This document shows, piece by piece, positions 49,719-58,992 of a stretch of 64,000 nt of DNA. The stretch is taken from NCBI GenBank assembly GCA_004195635.1, contig PSPT01000004.1, positions 15,021 to 79,020 of the forward strand, given 5' to 3'. Numbering within the stretch: position 1 is the stretch's first letter; every line of letters begins with the position of its first letter. A program made the position numbers and the translations under genes. Source of the DNA: Methanobacteriota archaeon (GTDB taxonomy: Archaea > Thermoplasmatota > Poseidoniia > Poseidoniales > Poseidoniaceae). The notes below the pieces were generated by a model that had not been told where the DNA came from, did no database searches, and saw only the letters and a list, made by a program, of their open reading frames with translations.

Positions 49719-50981
49719 ATGCGAGGCAGTAAGTGGCTATTGGGCTGCATCATTATTATCCTCCTTTCTGTAAATGTTGCAGGGTTCAACAATTCTTCTT
49801 TTAATGAAGAGCAATCCCAACCAATACTGGTTGAACTTTTTTTAGATTCAAATGATGAAAATAGTTCCAATTTTGAAGACCTATTGTCTCCTTTGCGTAA
49901 AGATCCAAATGTAATAGTTATTTCATGGCATCCGAGAAACTTAACTGACGCAGACCCTTTGGCAACATATGATGCAAGTGAGAGGGCTAATGAATTGCAG
50001 GTAGCAACCCTACCTGCAATACGGGTTGAACAGAAATCAATAACTGAAATAGATGATGGATACAGTGAAGATAATGCTTCAGAAATACCTTCGTTAATGA
50101 AGGGAATTGAGGGTGAAAGGCTGGTTGAAATTTCATTGGAATTATCTCTTGAAGAAAGTGGATTGCGGCAAGGGGCGGATGGATTAAAAATACAAGCCAC
50201 AGTAACTCCCCTCACTAATTTATCAAATCAATCAATTCTACACTTTATGATAATTGAGTGGGAATCACCTATGGAAGGTCATAGACCTCAAAATGTGGTA
50301 AGAGAATGGATGCCGCGCTCGGGAGTGCCAAGGACAATTGGCGATACTCAAGTAATTGAATACACTTTCGGGCCACAATATTTAGACCCTGCAAATATCA
50401 TAATTGAGCCGGAATTGGCCAATAATTGGGGAGTTGTGGCAGTATTTACGGGACACGACATTGGAGACAGCCCTCCTCGAGATGCGACCCTTGAAGATGA
50501 AGAGGTTGTTCTTGGCATATCTGTTTCTACACCGCCTACTAAATGGCAAACCGGGCAAATTACCGATGTCTTGATGTGGTTCGTTGCAACGTTGGCAGTG
50601 GTCGGAGGAATGATTCTTGTTATTTTGGCAGAACGCACTAGGGAAATTGAATTACCGAGATTGTCAGGAAATCTTGGTCAGGCAATTAGTGCTGGAAAAA
50701 TGATATCATTTGAAGTAAATATTGAGGTGATTGCAGGCAATACTCCTGCTGAACTTATCCGCTGTGAAGTTGATGACCCGTGGAAAATTAGGCGAGCACC
50801 AAAGCGACGAACTCTGAAAAACAACGAAAAGATTTCTTGGACAATGGATGTTAGAACAAAAACCGAATTTATTGATGAAAGCATATCCATTCATGTTGCC
50901 TTTAAATTGCTTGAAAGAAATGAAAGTTGGGTAATGGATTTAAGATTATATCCAAAAAATGATCGGAGTTCTGAAGAATAA
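49719..50981 (+). CDS. Secreted/membrane protein, Omp28/thioredoxin-like fold lacking CxxC
   Basis: Signal peptide, PILVELF..ISWHP..RANEL..TLPAIRV, QNVVRE, TM helix and cytoplasmic domain. Confidence 0.65.
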   Translation: MRGSKWLLGCIIIILLSVNVAGFNNSSFNEEQSQPILVELFLDSNDENSSNFEDLLSPLRKDPNVIVISWHPRNLTDADPLATYDASERANELQVATLPAIRVEQKSITEIDDGYSEDNASEIPSLMKGIEGERLVEISLELSLEESGLRQGADGLKIQATVTPLTNLSNQSILHFMIIEWESPMEGHRPQNVVREWMPRSGVPRTIGDTQVIEYTFGPQYLDPANIIIEPELANNWGVVAVFTGHDIGDSPPRDATLEDEEVVLGISVSTPPTKWQTGQITDVLMWFVATLAVVGGMILVILAERTREIELPRLSGNLGQAISAGKMISFEVNIEVIAGNTPAELIRCEVDDPWKIRRAPKRRTLKNNEKISWTMDVRTKTEFIDESISIHVAFKLLERNESWVMDLRLYPKNDRSSEE

Positions 50982-51123
50982 CAACTCCCTGGGGGTTGAA
51001 TATTTTATTAAAATAATGCTAAAATCAGCACGTATGCTATTCAAATGAAGTGTAATTGTCAAAATGCTGAGGCAAATGTTCAATAACTTCATTCTCTCGA
51101 AGATTAACTCCGAGAGGATAATT

Positions 51124-51573
51124 ATGCAATTAGATGGCCTTGACCGCAAACTTATTTCAGAACTGATAAAAGATGGTAGAGCCAGCCAAAGACAACTGGC
51201 CAAACTCCTCGATGTTTCACAAGGAACAATTACCAATCGCCTGTCGAAACTTCATGCTGAAGGAATCATCCGCGGCTATTCTATTGACATTGACCCCGAA
51301 AAGGTGGGATGGGACATGACTGTAATGGTCGCCTTGAGAATTGAAAAGGGAATGATGATTAATGTTCAACAGAGCATTGCCGCCGACTCACGTGTAATTG
51401 CAGTTTATGACGTCACAGGAGAATATGATTCAATGGTAATTGCTCGCGTCACAGGTAGAGAAGATTTAAATGACCTTACGAAAAATGTTCTTTCAATTGA
51501 AGGCATTAGTCGCTCTTTCACCCACGTAGTCCTTAACACGGTCAAAGAGAGTGGCGTTTCGCTACCAAAGTAG
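51124..51573 (+). CDS. Lrp/AsnC-family transcriptional regulator
   Basis: LDGLDRKLISELIKDGRAS..GIIRGY..VYDVTGEYD. Confidence 0.94.
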   Translation: MQLDGLDRKLISELIKDGRASQRQLAKLLDVSQGTITNRLSKLHAEGIIRGYSIDIDPEKVGWDMTVMVALRIEKGMMINVQQSIAADSRVIAVYDVTGEYDSMVIARVTGREDLNDLTKNVLSIEGISRSFTHVVLNTVKESGVSLPK

Positions 51574-54548
51574 TGAAGGGTTCAATAACGGTTGGCAAAG
51601 AAAACAGATTGATGCAGCCCCAACCATCCTCAATGGACTGCGCCAATTCTATTGAAATGGACCCTCTAATAACTAATTTGCACCTTTGTGTCCCGACAAC
51701 TGATAGCGCCCCAATGATGCGTTTTGGCAAATATGATGACTTGCCACACCAGCATCTTGCTCTCGCTCGGCTATCATCCTCTGATTGGAAAGGTATTCTG
51801 ATTGCCGACGAAGTAGGATTAGGAAAAACAATTTCAGCGATTAATATTTTGTGTAGCCTAAGGGCAAGGGGTAAGAATGGTGGCGTAATTGTCATTTGCC
51901 CCGGTGGATTAAAGCGTAAATGGAAAAATGAATTTTGGCATAGGGCCGATTTGGATGTAGTTGAAACAAAAACTGGTGCTGACTTTAGACATTCTGTTGA
52001 ACGAATCAATTCAGGAGAACCACTAGTGGTAATAGTTTCTCATGGGGTTCTTCGCCGAGCAGAGATTCTAGATTGGTTAATTCAAAATACTCCACAAATA
52101 ATGCTTACAATAGTTGATGAGGCACACCACATAAGAAATCCAAAATCTCGTTTACATGATGCAGTCACCATGTTTTCCCTACAAAGTGAAAAGGTTGTAT
52201 TGTTAACTGCAACTCCAGTTAATCTCTCAACTGACGATCTACATGTGCAATTATCTCAATTATCTCCTGACAGATGGCCAGATGGAAGGGCTTTCTATCG
52301 CTCACTCCGCCCAGGAAATATTCTCAATGATATGCTTGATTGCTTAGCAAAACCAGAACCAGAAATCATGGAATTAGAACATAATTTATGCCGTTTGGAA
52401 AACATTGTTGGCTATTATGGTGATTCAAGACTTGAAATGCTATCACAATTAATCCGTGCGGGAAATTGGCTCGAAGAAACAAAGTCATTGCGAACCGCAT
52501 CGGCAGATTTGGTTCGGAAATTACGACCACTAAATGGATTAGTTGTTCGCTCAAGACGCAGAGATATGGATTGGGATTTACCCAAGAGAAAGGCAGTTAC
52601 ATTGGACCTGCAATTAACAAAAAAAGAATGGCACCTTTATTTGGCAGCAAAGAACTGGAGTTTACGCCTAATTGAATTACGAAATCCAGATAATGAACAT
52701 TATGATTGGGCTCTATTAATCCCCGAGAGAATGGCGAGCAGTTGCCTCCCTGCTTTTTCTGAACATGTATTGCGAAAAATGCAACAAACCGCAAGGTTTG
52801 TACTCAATCCAGAGGAATTTGAGGAAGGAGAAGAAGAAATTGAGCTGAATGAAGAAGAACATTTGTTATTATCGCGAATAGGCGACCCCGAAGTGCTTAT
52901 ACGGGCAGCAGCAGAACTTGGCGAGACTGACTCAAAAAGCAACGCGCTGCTTAACTGGATAATCCCTTCATTACAAAACGACCCCGTTGGCGGAGTGATT
53001 ATTTTTAGTCATTTCAGAGGAACTTTGGCTTACCTTCAACGAAGAATGGATGCGGCTGGTCTAATAGCAGCAACGATTACTGGTTCAACGCCAATGGCAT
53101 TAAGAGAAGATATTAGGAATAGATTTTCGCGTGGCGAGATTGAAGTTTTGCTTTCAAGTGAAGTTGGAAGTGAGGGTTTAGATCAGCAGCATTGCCACCG
53201 AATAGTAAATTATGATTTACCGTGGAATCCAATGAAACTGGAACAAAGAATTGGAAGGATTGACCGTTTCGGACAAAAGGCCGACCATATTGAAGTGCTA
53301 AATATTGCCGTGGAAGGTACGATTGATGCCGCAATACTTGGACGCTTATACACGCGTATCAGCCTGTTTGAACAAGCACTCGGAATGCTTGACCCTCTGC
53401 TTGGCCAAGCGATGCGCTTAATCACCAAAGAAGAAATGAAAAGGCCACAATTTATCGCTGCTGAAGATGTTGCAAAAAATGACCCAGAGAAAATTCATGG
53501 TATGCCAATCCACAAGGCTTGGGAAAGTCCGAACCCAGATGATGGCGTGGAGACACTATTAGCAATGCGAGAAAAGTGGCACAGAGAAAGAGCCTCTGAA
53601 GAAAGAGAATGGGTTGGCCCCGACCCCGGAATCAAAGAGATTAGAAATAATACTCTGCATTTTGGGTTGCAGATTGAACCAATTGCTCTTCGCAAATGGT
53701 TTGCTAATAAAATTGAGAATAGGGGTGGTAGCCTATATGAAAGCGGAGATGAGTTTTTTGATATGATTGAAATTAACCATCAGGATGCCAAGGAATTACG
53801 TAGTCGTTGTGAAGACCCCTTTCAAACGGATTCTCAGACTGTTCATTGGCACGATACAATTGCAAAACTTTCAGGCGGCCCTGGCCCTTATTGGCTGACT
53901 GTTACTTTTGAAAAAGAAGCGGCGAGAAGTAATCCCGAACGCCCATACATCACCCCAAACCATCCCTTGGTCAAATGGCTTGTTGAAAAGGAAAAAGAAA
54001 CCATTAAGGAAACAGTTTGGCTAAAGAATAACTCCTTGCCCAACCTACCTAAGGACGGAGAGTGGCTTATCTGTTTTGATTGGAATATTGAAGGATTACA
54101 ACCCAAATGTCTCCGAAGATGGCTACTAATTGATTCAAAGGGTGAGCCGCAAAATTCGCATTATTCACACTTTGCCAATTTGACTACCCAATGCGAAGAA
54201 TATGAAGTAATGGAAGAAGAGTCATTATTCATCGATAATTTACTTGACAATTTGCATTTAAGTTTACTCAACGAAGAAAAAAGACGACTTCATCCTTTAT
54301 TGGAAGAATTACGTTGGAATGCCCGCTCTTCATGGGAAGAAAGAATCCAGCGCGAACAAACTCAAATTAGCGATGCACAACATAAAGCCGAAAGAGATGA
54401 AATTCCTGTCAATTTCCGTTGGCTAAGAATGAAGCAAGGATTGATTCGTAGGTTGCAAGAAGAATTGGGTAACCGTATTGCAGAATTAGACCGACTTGAG
54501 CATGATTTATCCGGCGATTTAAGCGCAAAAATAATAATAAAAATATAA
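51573..54548 (+). CDS. SNF2-family helicase (HepA/RapA-like)
   Basis: ADEVGLGKT, DEAHH, LTATP, SEGLD and YDLPWNPMKLEQRIGRIDRFGQ; C-terminal coiled coil; start uncertain. Confidence 0.9.
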   Translation: MKGSITVGKENRLMQPQPSSMDCANSIEMDPLITNLHLCVPTTDSAPMMRFGKYDDLPHQHLALARLSSSDWKGILIADEVGLGKTISAINILCSLRARGKNGGVIVICPGGLKRKWKNEFWHRADLDVVETKTGADFRHSVERINSGEPLVVIVSHGVLRRAEILDWLIQNTPQIMLTIVDEAHHIRNPKSRLHDAVTMFSLQSEKVVLLTATPVNLSTDDLHVQLSQLSPDRWPDGRAFYRSLRPGNILNDMLDCLAKPEPEIMELEHNLCRLENIVGYYGDSRLEMLSQLIRAGNWLEETKSLRTASADLVRKLRPLNGLVVRSRRRDMDWDLPKRKAVTLDLQLTKKEWHLYLAAKNWSLRLIELRNPDNEHYDWALLIPERMASSCLPAFSEHVLRKMQQTARFVLNPEEFEEGEEEIELNEEEHLLLSRIGDPEVLIRAAAELGETDSKSNALLNWIIPSLQNDPVGGVIIFSHFRGTLAYLQRRMDAAGLIAATITGSTPMALREDIRNRFSRGEIEVLLSSEVGSEGLDQQHCHRIVNYDLPWNPMKLEQRIGRIDRFGQKADHIEVLNIAVEGTIDAAILGRLYTRISLFEQALGMLDPLLGQAMRLITKEEMKRPQFIAAEDVAKNDPEKIHGMPIHKAWESPNPDDGVETLLAMREKWHRERASEEREWVGPDPGIKEIRNNTLHFGLQIEPIALRKWFANKIENRGGSLYESGDEFFDMIEINHQDAKELRSRCEDPFQTDSQTVHWHDTIAKLSGGPGPYWLTVTFEKEAARSNPERPYITPNHPLVKWLVEKEKETIKETVWLKNNSLPNLPKDGEWLICFDWNIEGLQPKCLRRWLLIDSKGEPQNSHYSHFANLTTQCEEYEVMEEESLFIDNLLDNLHLSLLNEEKRRLHPLLEELRWNARSSWEERIQREQTQISDAQHKAERDEIPVNFRWLRMKQGLIRRLQEELGNRIAELDRLEHDLSGDLSAKIIIKI

Positions 54549-54552
54549 CCTG

Positions 54553-55173
54553 TCACTCCACTGTAATTGGATGATTAACATCGTATTCATCCATCCATAT
54601 TAGCAATTCATCGGCAAACCGTCTCAGCCCCTCAACTACCTTTATTTCACTTGAAAAAAACCTCCCCAATGTTTTTCGCGGCTCCAAACTCATCTCAATT
54701 CCATAAGCATCAAGGCGTCTAATTAATTCACGTTGTATCTTGCCACCAGTACGATCCCAATCCATCAATAATATGATCGCTGCCCCTCCATCAATTTTAT
54801 TTTGACAGCCGTATTTCTCATACAAATATGCGCATAATTTGGGCATGCTCCACCCCCTATTCACTAATTCAATTGGGCCGCTAAAATCCAAACCTCTTAA
54901 TGCGCGTTCATCCTTCAACCCTTCAACTAGAATCGGGCAACCAATACCCGCGCCCGTATTACTACCGGCATCACCACTTGGCCAACCTTCACTTTCCTCT
55001 CCAGCATGACTTTTTGAAGGAGGGTTTGTTTGTGTTTGTTGGTGAGGATTATTCCTTTGTCTAGCGAGTGCTAGTGCATTTGCAACTTCCACGTAACGAT
55101 GTTCTTTCTCAAATGAGTCAGCCCTTACTCCGCGTAAAGATTTTTGCCCTTTCTTATTATTCTTCAATGACAT
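54553..55173 (-). CDS. Small TOPRIM-domain protein (RNase M5/primase-like)
   Basis: ILVEGLKDERAL..LLMDWDRTG. Confidence 0.82.
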   Translation of the reverse strand: MSLKNNKKGQKSLRGVRADSFEKEHRYVEVANALALARQRNNPHQQTQTNPPSKSHAGEESEGWPSGDAGSNTGAGIGCPILVEGLKDERALRGLDFSGPIELVNRGWSMPKLCAYLYEKYGCQNKIDGGAAIILLMDWDRTGGKIQRELIRRLDAYGIEMSLEPRKTLGRFFSSEIKVVEGLRRFADELLIWMDEYDVNHPITVE

Positions 55174-55290
55174 CTTTTCACCCCACCTCTCTCACAAACT
55201 ATTCCATTGACTTATTCATTCTTCAATTTTAACACTGCACCCTTCACCAATATTTCACTTTCTTTCCTGTTACATTTTGACATTCAACCA

Positions 55291-55614
55291 TTATTCTTGA
55301 GACAGGATTTTATTCACTGATTTAGACACATCTGGGGCCGAGATATTCTTCAACTTCACCATCTTTTGTCTTGAGGTATGACCTTGAGTTATTTCGAGAT
55401 CAATACTTGGGATTTCTAATATTTCACTCAGTAAACGGATTACTGCTTTGTTTGCTGCACCCTTTTGAGGTTGAGCTTTTACCGCCACTTGCAGCCTTCC
55501 GCGCCACTCATTCAACCCAATTATTGAATCTCGACTAGCGTTAGGCTGGACCTCTATTGGTAAGAAAATATTTCCATCAAGGCTTTCTTGAATGATGCTA
55601 GAAATTTCCGCCAT
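55291..55614 (-). CDS. DUF167 (YggU) family protein
   Basis: VQPNA..KGAANKAVIRLLS..GHTSRQK. Confidence 0.88.
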   Translation of the reverse strand: MAEISSIIQESLDGNIFLPIEVQPNASRDSIIGLNEWRGRLQVAVKAQPQKGAANKAVIRLLSEILEIPSIDLEITQGHTSRQKMVKLKNISAPDVSKSVNKILSQE

Positions 55615-55783
55615 AACTCTGCCATGTCGCCTTTGCTCAAAGCACTACCCGCCAAATGACATTTATTGTACTTAAATTTGTTTTTTCTCGGCCTAAATCA
55701 TTCATCCAATGAACCTTACATGTAATGCTGTTTTTAGTTAATACTTATTACCGGTAAACCAACCGCACAATTTAGGTGCAATC

Positions 55784-56716
55784 ATGCCTGCTGAGTATAC
55801 TGTCTTTGCTTCGCTTTATGCGGAATTCATTTTTTTGTCCATTCTCGTTGCCCTTTTTGTCTTTGCATGGCTCACCTATACCGTATTAGTCCATCGCCAA
55901 GGAGTTAATCAAAATCCAAACTTGGAAAAGTTAACACCGGGTACTTTTCCAAAAGAAAGGGATAATTTGAAGGCCGAAATTACTTGGTTTATCGGCCCAA
56001 TCATTTTGATAGGATATTTGACATTCCTCGCCTGGGGCTCAACTGTTACCATGTGGGCAAATCAACCAGACCCCAATGCTGCTAATACATTTGACATGGA
56101 TATCACTGCATATCAGTGGTTTTGGGAGTTTGAGTATAATGAAGATATGACTTGGGATGAAACTCATGCAGCCCCACAGGGCACAATTACCTATACAAAT
56201 GGCACCGAGGGGGTTACTGTATTTATTTGGGAAAGTGTGAGAGACGAGTTCCCTGGGCATACCTTCCAAGCTGAAGCCGGAGGGGATGTTGTTGAATTTA
56301 TCGATGGAAGTGGAATGGTTAGTGGGGAATCTTCGAATCATCGGAAATCCGGGCATTCAGTATTAACAGTAAGTGCAATTAATTCAAATGGCGATGAAAC
56401 TATTCTTGGAGTTCAACATCATGTTGCTGCTGGTTTCACTTCAATCAATGAAGTTTGGTTGCCAAATGAGATGGATATTGTTTGGCACATGAATTCAATG
56501 CCAATCGATGACAATCCCGCGGTTCTTCATTCTGCTTTCCCAATTGAATATGCAAACAAGGAAGACATTGTACCAAATATTGAAACTACGATGTTTTTCA
56601 CTCCACAAGATGTGGGAGACTTTGAAATGGTATGTGCTGAATATTGCGGCCAGCAACATTCAGTAATGGTTGCAACGATGCATGTTGTTGATTCCACTCA
56701 AGGAGGTGTTGCTTGA
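55784..56716 (+). CDS. coxB: Cytochrome c oxidase subunit II (CuA)
   Basis: 2 TM helices, EITW, AYQWFWEFEY and VLHS..CAEYCGQQHSVM. Confidence 0.93.
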   Translation: MPAEYTVFASLYAEFIFLSILVALFVFAWLTYTVLVHRQGVNQNPNLEKLTPGTFPKERDNLKAEITWFIGPIILIGYLTFLAWGSTVTMWANQPDPNAANTFDMDITAYQWFWEFEYNEDMTWDETHAAPQGTITYTNGTEGVTVFIWESVRDEFPGHTFQAEAGGDVVEFIDGSGMVSGESSNHRKSGHSVLTVSAINSNGDETILGVQHHVAAGFTSINEVWLPNEMDIVWHMNSMPIDDNPAVLHSAFPIEYANKEDIVPNIETTMFFTPQDVGDFEMVCAEYCGQQHSVMVATMHVVDSTQGGVA

Positions 56717-58992
56717 TGCGCACCCGTAGTCTAATTCTGGCTCTTGTTGCCCTTGCAGCTCTAATCATCACCCCAAGCATGACTGCTATGCCTGGGGGAA
56801 TAGATAGTAAGGCCGACAATGGATGTACTTGTCACGGAAGCGCCTCAGACAATACCCAATTAGTCATTGATGGTCTTCCAGATGTTTTCAATGGTTCAGT
56901 GGTATATGATTTTAATTTGACTATTGAAAATAGTGCGGTAACCGGCGAAGGCGGAAATGGGCGTCTCGGTGGTTTCCGAATTATTGCATCAAGTGGTATA
57001 CTAGTTGGGGAAGCCGATAATACTACGGAAAAGGATGGTGGAATAACTCATTCAGATTCAGGTAATGCGCAGAGAACTTGGTCCTTCACATGGACTGCTC
57101 CAAGCGATGATTCAGTGAACGTTGAATTTACCGTACTTGGCAATGCAGTTAATGGGGCAGATGGCCCAGGCGGAGACCAATGGGCAATGGATCAATTCAC
57201 AATTGCTGGCGCAAGCGCTGGTGATTCTGGACCACAAGCGCCACCACTAACAGTGTTAATGACTGCAATTCTACTTGCAGCAGTATTGTTTGTCCTTGGC
57301 CTAATGTATGTATTCTATGCACGAAACCCTGAAGGTTTTAGTTTTGTAAATTTCTCTAGTTTTATGAAAGAACTTCTTACAACCACAGACCATAAAGGAG
57401 TAGGTTTACTTTACACCTTATATGGGCTATTCTTCTTTATTATTGGTGGAATGCTTGCTATGATTTTCCGCATTCAACTGATGTTCCCTGAAAATGACTT
57501 CCTCTCCTATAGCGAGTACAATTCATTCTTTACCCTTCACGGAACTACAATGGTTTTCCTAGCAGCAATGCCGATGGTTGCTGGATTTGCAAACTATATC
57601 GTCCCACTCCAAATTGGTGCAAAGGACTTGGCATTCCCTCGAATAAACGCACTGGGTTTCTGGCTAGTTGCATTTTCATGTATTCTCCTATATGCCGGAG
57701 TTTTCTCTGGAGAAGGCGCAGATATCACTTGGGTAATGTACCCTCCATATTCAAGTCTACTTGGAGATGGGGACTTTGCAAATAGTAGCGGGACTGTATT
57801 TTTCTTTGGAGGAATTGTTATGCTTGGTGCTTCTTCAACCCTTGCCGGAGTTAACTTTATCACCACTATTTTCACCATGCGAGCACCTGGTGTAAGTTGG
57901 ATGAAAATGCCTCTATTCACTTGGAGTATCCTCGTGTCAATGTTTATGCTATACATCTCACTTCCAGCATTAATAGTAGGTATTTTGTTCTTATTCCTCG
58001 ACCACACAATTCACACTAGTTTCTTCGCAGTTAATGCAGGAGACCCTATTCTTTTCCAGCATTTGTTCTGGTTCTTTGGACACCCGGAAGTGTACGTGAT
58101 TGTCGTGCCTGCGTTTGGAATAGTTTCAGAGGTATTAGCAACCAGTGCGCGTCGTTCAATCTTCGGCTACAAATCAATGGTATATGCTATGGCAGGTATT
58201 GGTATTGTCGGTTTCGTTGTTTGGGGGCACCATATGCTAACCAGTGGAATGGATCCTGGTCTTCGTGTAATAATGATGGCTACAACTATGCTTGTTGCAA
58301 TTCCGACTGGAGTAAAGATATTCAATTGGCTTGCAACACTTTGGGGTGGAAGTTTAGTTATCAAAACTCATACACTTTGGTCACTCGGATTCCTATTGAC
58401 TTTTACACTTGGAGGGATTTCAGGCATGTTCTTCCCCGTCACGGGATTAACCGCACACTTGCATGAAACCTATTTCGTTGTTGCACACTTCCACTATGTA
58501 TTCGTCGGCGGAGCTATATTTGGCCTATACTCTGGATTATACTATTGGTTCCCCAAGGCAACTGGTCGCCGCATGGACGAAAGAATGGGAATAATCCACT
58601 TCTTGGCTTCATTCATTACTTACAATGCAGCATTTTGGCCTATGCATGAAGTCGGAGTAATGGGCATGCCTCGCCGCACCCACACATATACAGTTGAGAG
58701 TGGCTATGCAGACCTCAATTTCGCAATTAGTCTTGCCGCATTTGCCTTTGGTATCGTTCAACTATTACTCATTTGGAATATAATATACAGTGTCAAAAAG
58801 GGCAAGCCAGCAGGTGAAGACCCATGGGGTGGATGGAGTTTAGAATGGACCACACCAAGTCCACCTCCAACGCCATCGTTTGAAGTAATTCCAACTCAAC
58901 TTGATGACAATGATCATCTTGAAGATGGTTTCCTCGTGCGAATTGTCAAGAGACTTTGGGCAATTGGAGATAAGGAGGAGGTGAGCCAATGA
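56716..58992 (+). CDS. coxA: Cytochrome c oxidase subunit I (A1-type) with N-terminal CxCH/Reeler-like domain
   Basis: TTDHK, HGTTM, KDLAFPRIN, WFFGHPEVY, WGHH, PTGVK, VVAHFHY and GMPRR; TGATG overlap with coxB. Confidence 0.96.
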   Translation: MRTRSLILALVALAALIITPSMTAMPGGIDSKADNGCTCHGSASDNTQLVIDGLPDVFNGSVVYDFNLTIENSAVTGEGGNGRLGGFRIIASSGILVGEADNTTEKDGGITHSDSGNAQRTWSFTWTAPSDDSVNVEFTVLGNAVNGADGPGGDQWAMDQFTIAGASAGDSGPQAPPLTVLMTAILLAAVLFVLGLMYVFYARNPEGFSFVNFSSFMKELLTTTDHKGVGLLYTLYGLFFFIIGGMLAMIFRIQLMFPENDFLSYSEYNSFFTLHGTTMVFLAAMPMVAGFANYIVPLQIGAKDLAFPRINALGFWLVAFSCILLYAGVFSGEGADITWVMYPPYSSLLGDGDFANSSGTVFFFGGIVMLGASSTLAGVNFITTIFTMRAPGVSWMKMPLFTWSILVSMFMLYISLPALIVGILFLFLDHTIHTSFFAVNAGDPILFQHLFWFFGHPEVYVIVVPAFGIVSEVLATSARRSIFGYKSMVYAMAGIGIVGFVVWGHHMLTSGMDPGLRVIMMATTMLVAIPTGVKIFNWLATLWGGSLVIKTHTLWSLGFLLTFTLGGISGMFFPVTGLTAHLHETYFVVAHFHYVFVGGAIFGLYSGLYYWFPKATGRRMDERMGIIHFLASFITYNAAFWPMHEVGVMGMPRRTHTYTVESGYADLNFAISLAAFAFGIVQLLLIWNIIYSVKKGKPAGEDPWGGWSLEWTTPSPPPTPSFEVIPTQLDDNDHLEDGFLVRIVKRLWAIGDKEEVSQ

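Noticed and set aside
51213-51228. TGTTTCACAAGGAACA, a 14/16 match to the bacterial parS consensus
   Set aside because: Both mismatches hit the central core, it lies in the Lrp HTH coding sequence, it is single-copy, and no HTH-type ParB is present
51573-55173. SNF2 + TOPRIM as an anti-phage system
   Set aside because: The genes are convergent, the TOPRIM protein is the small archaeal housekeeping type, and other defence components are absent
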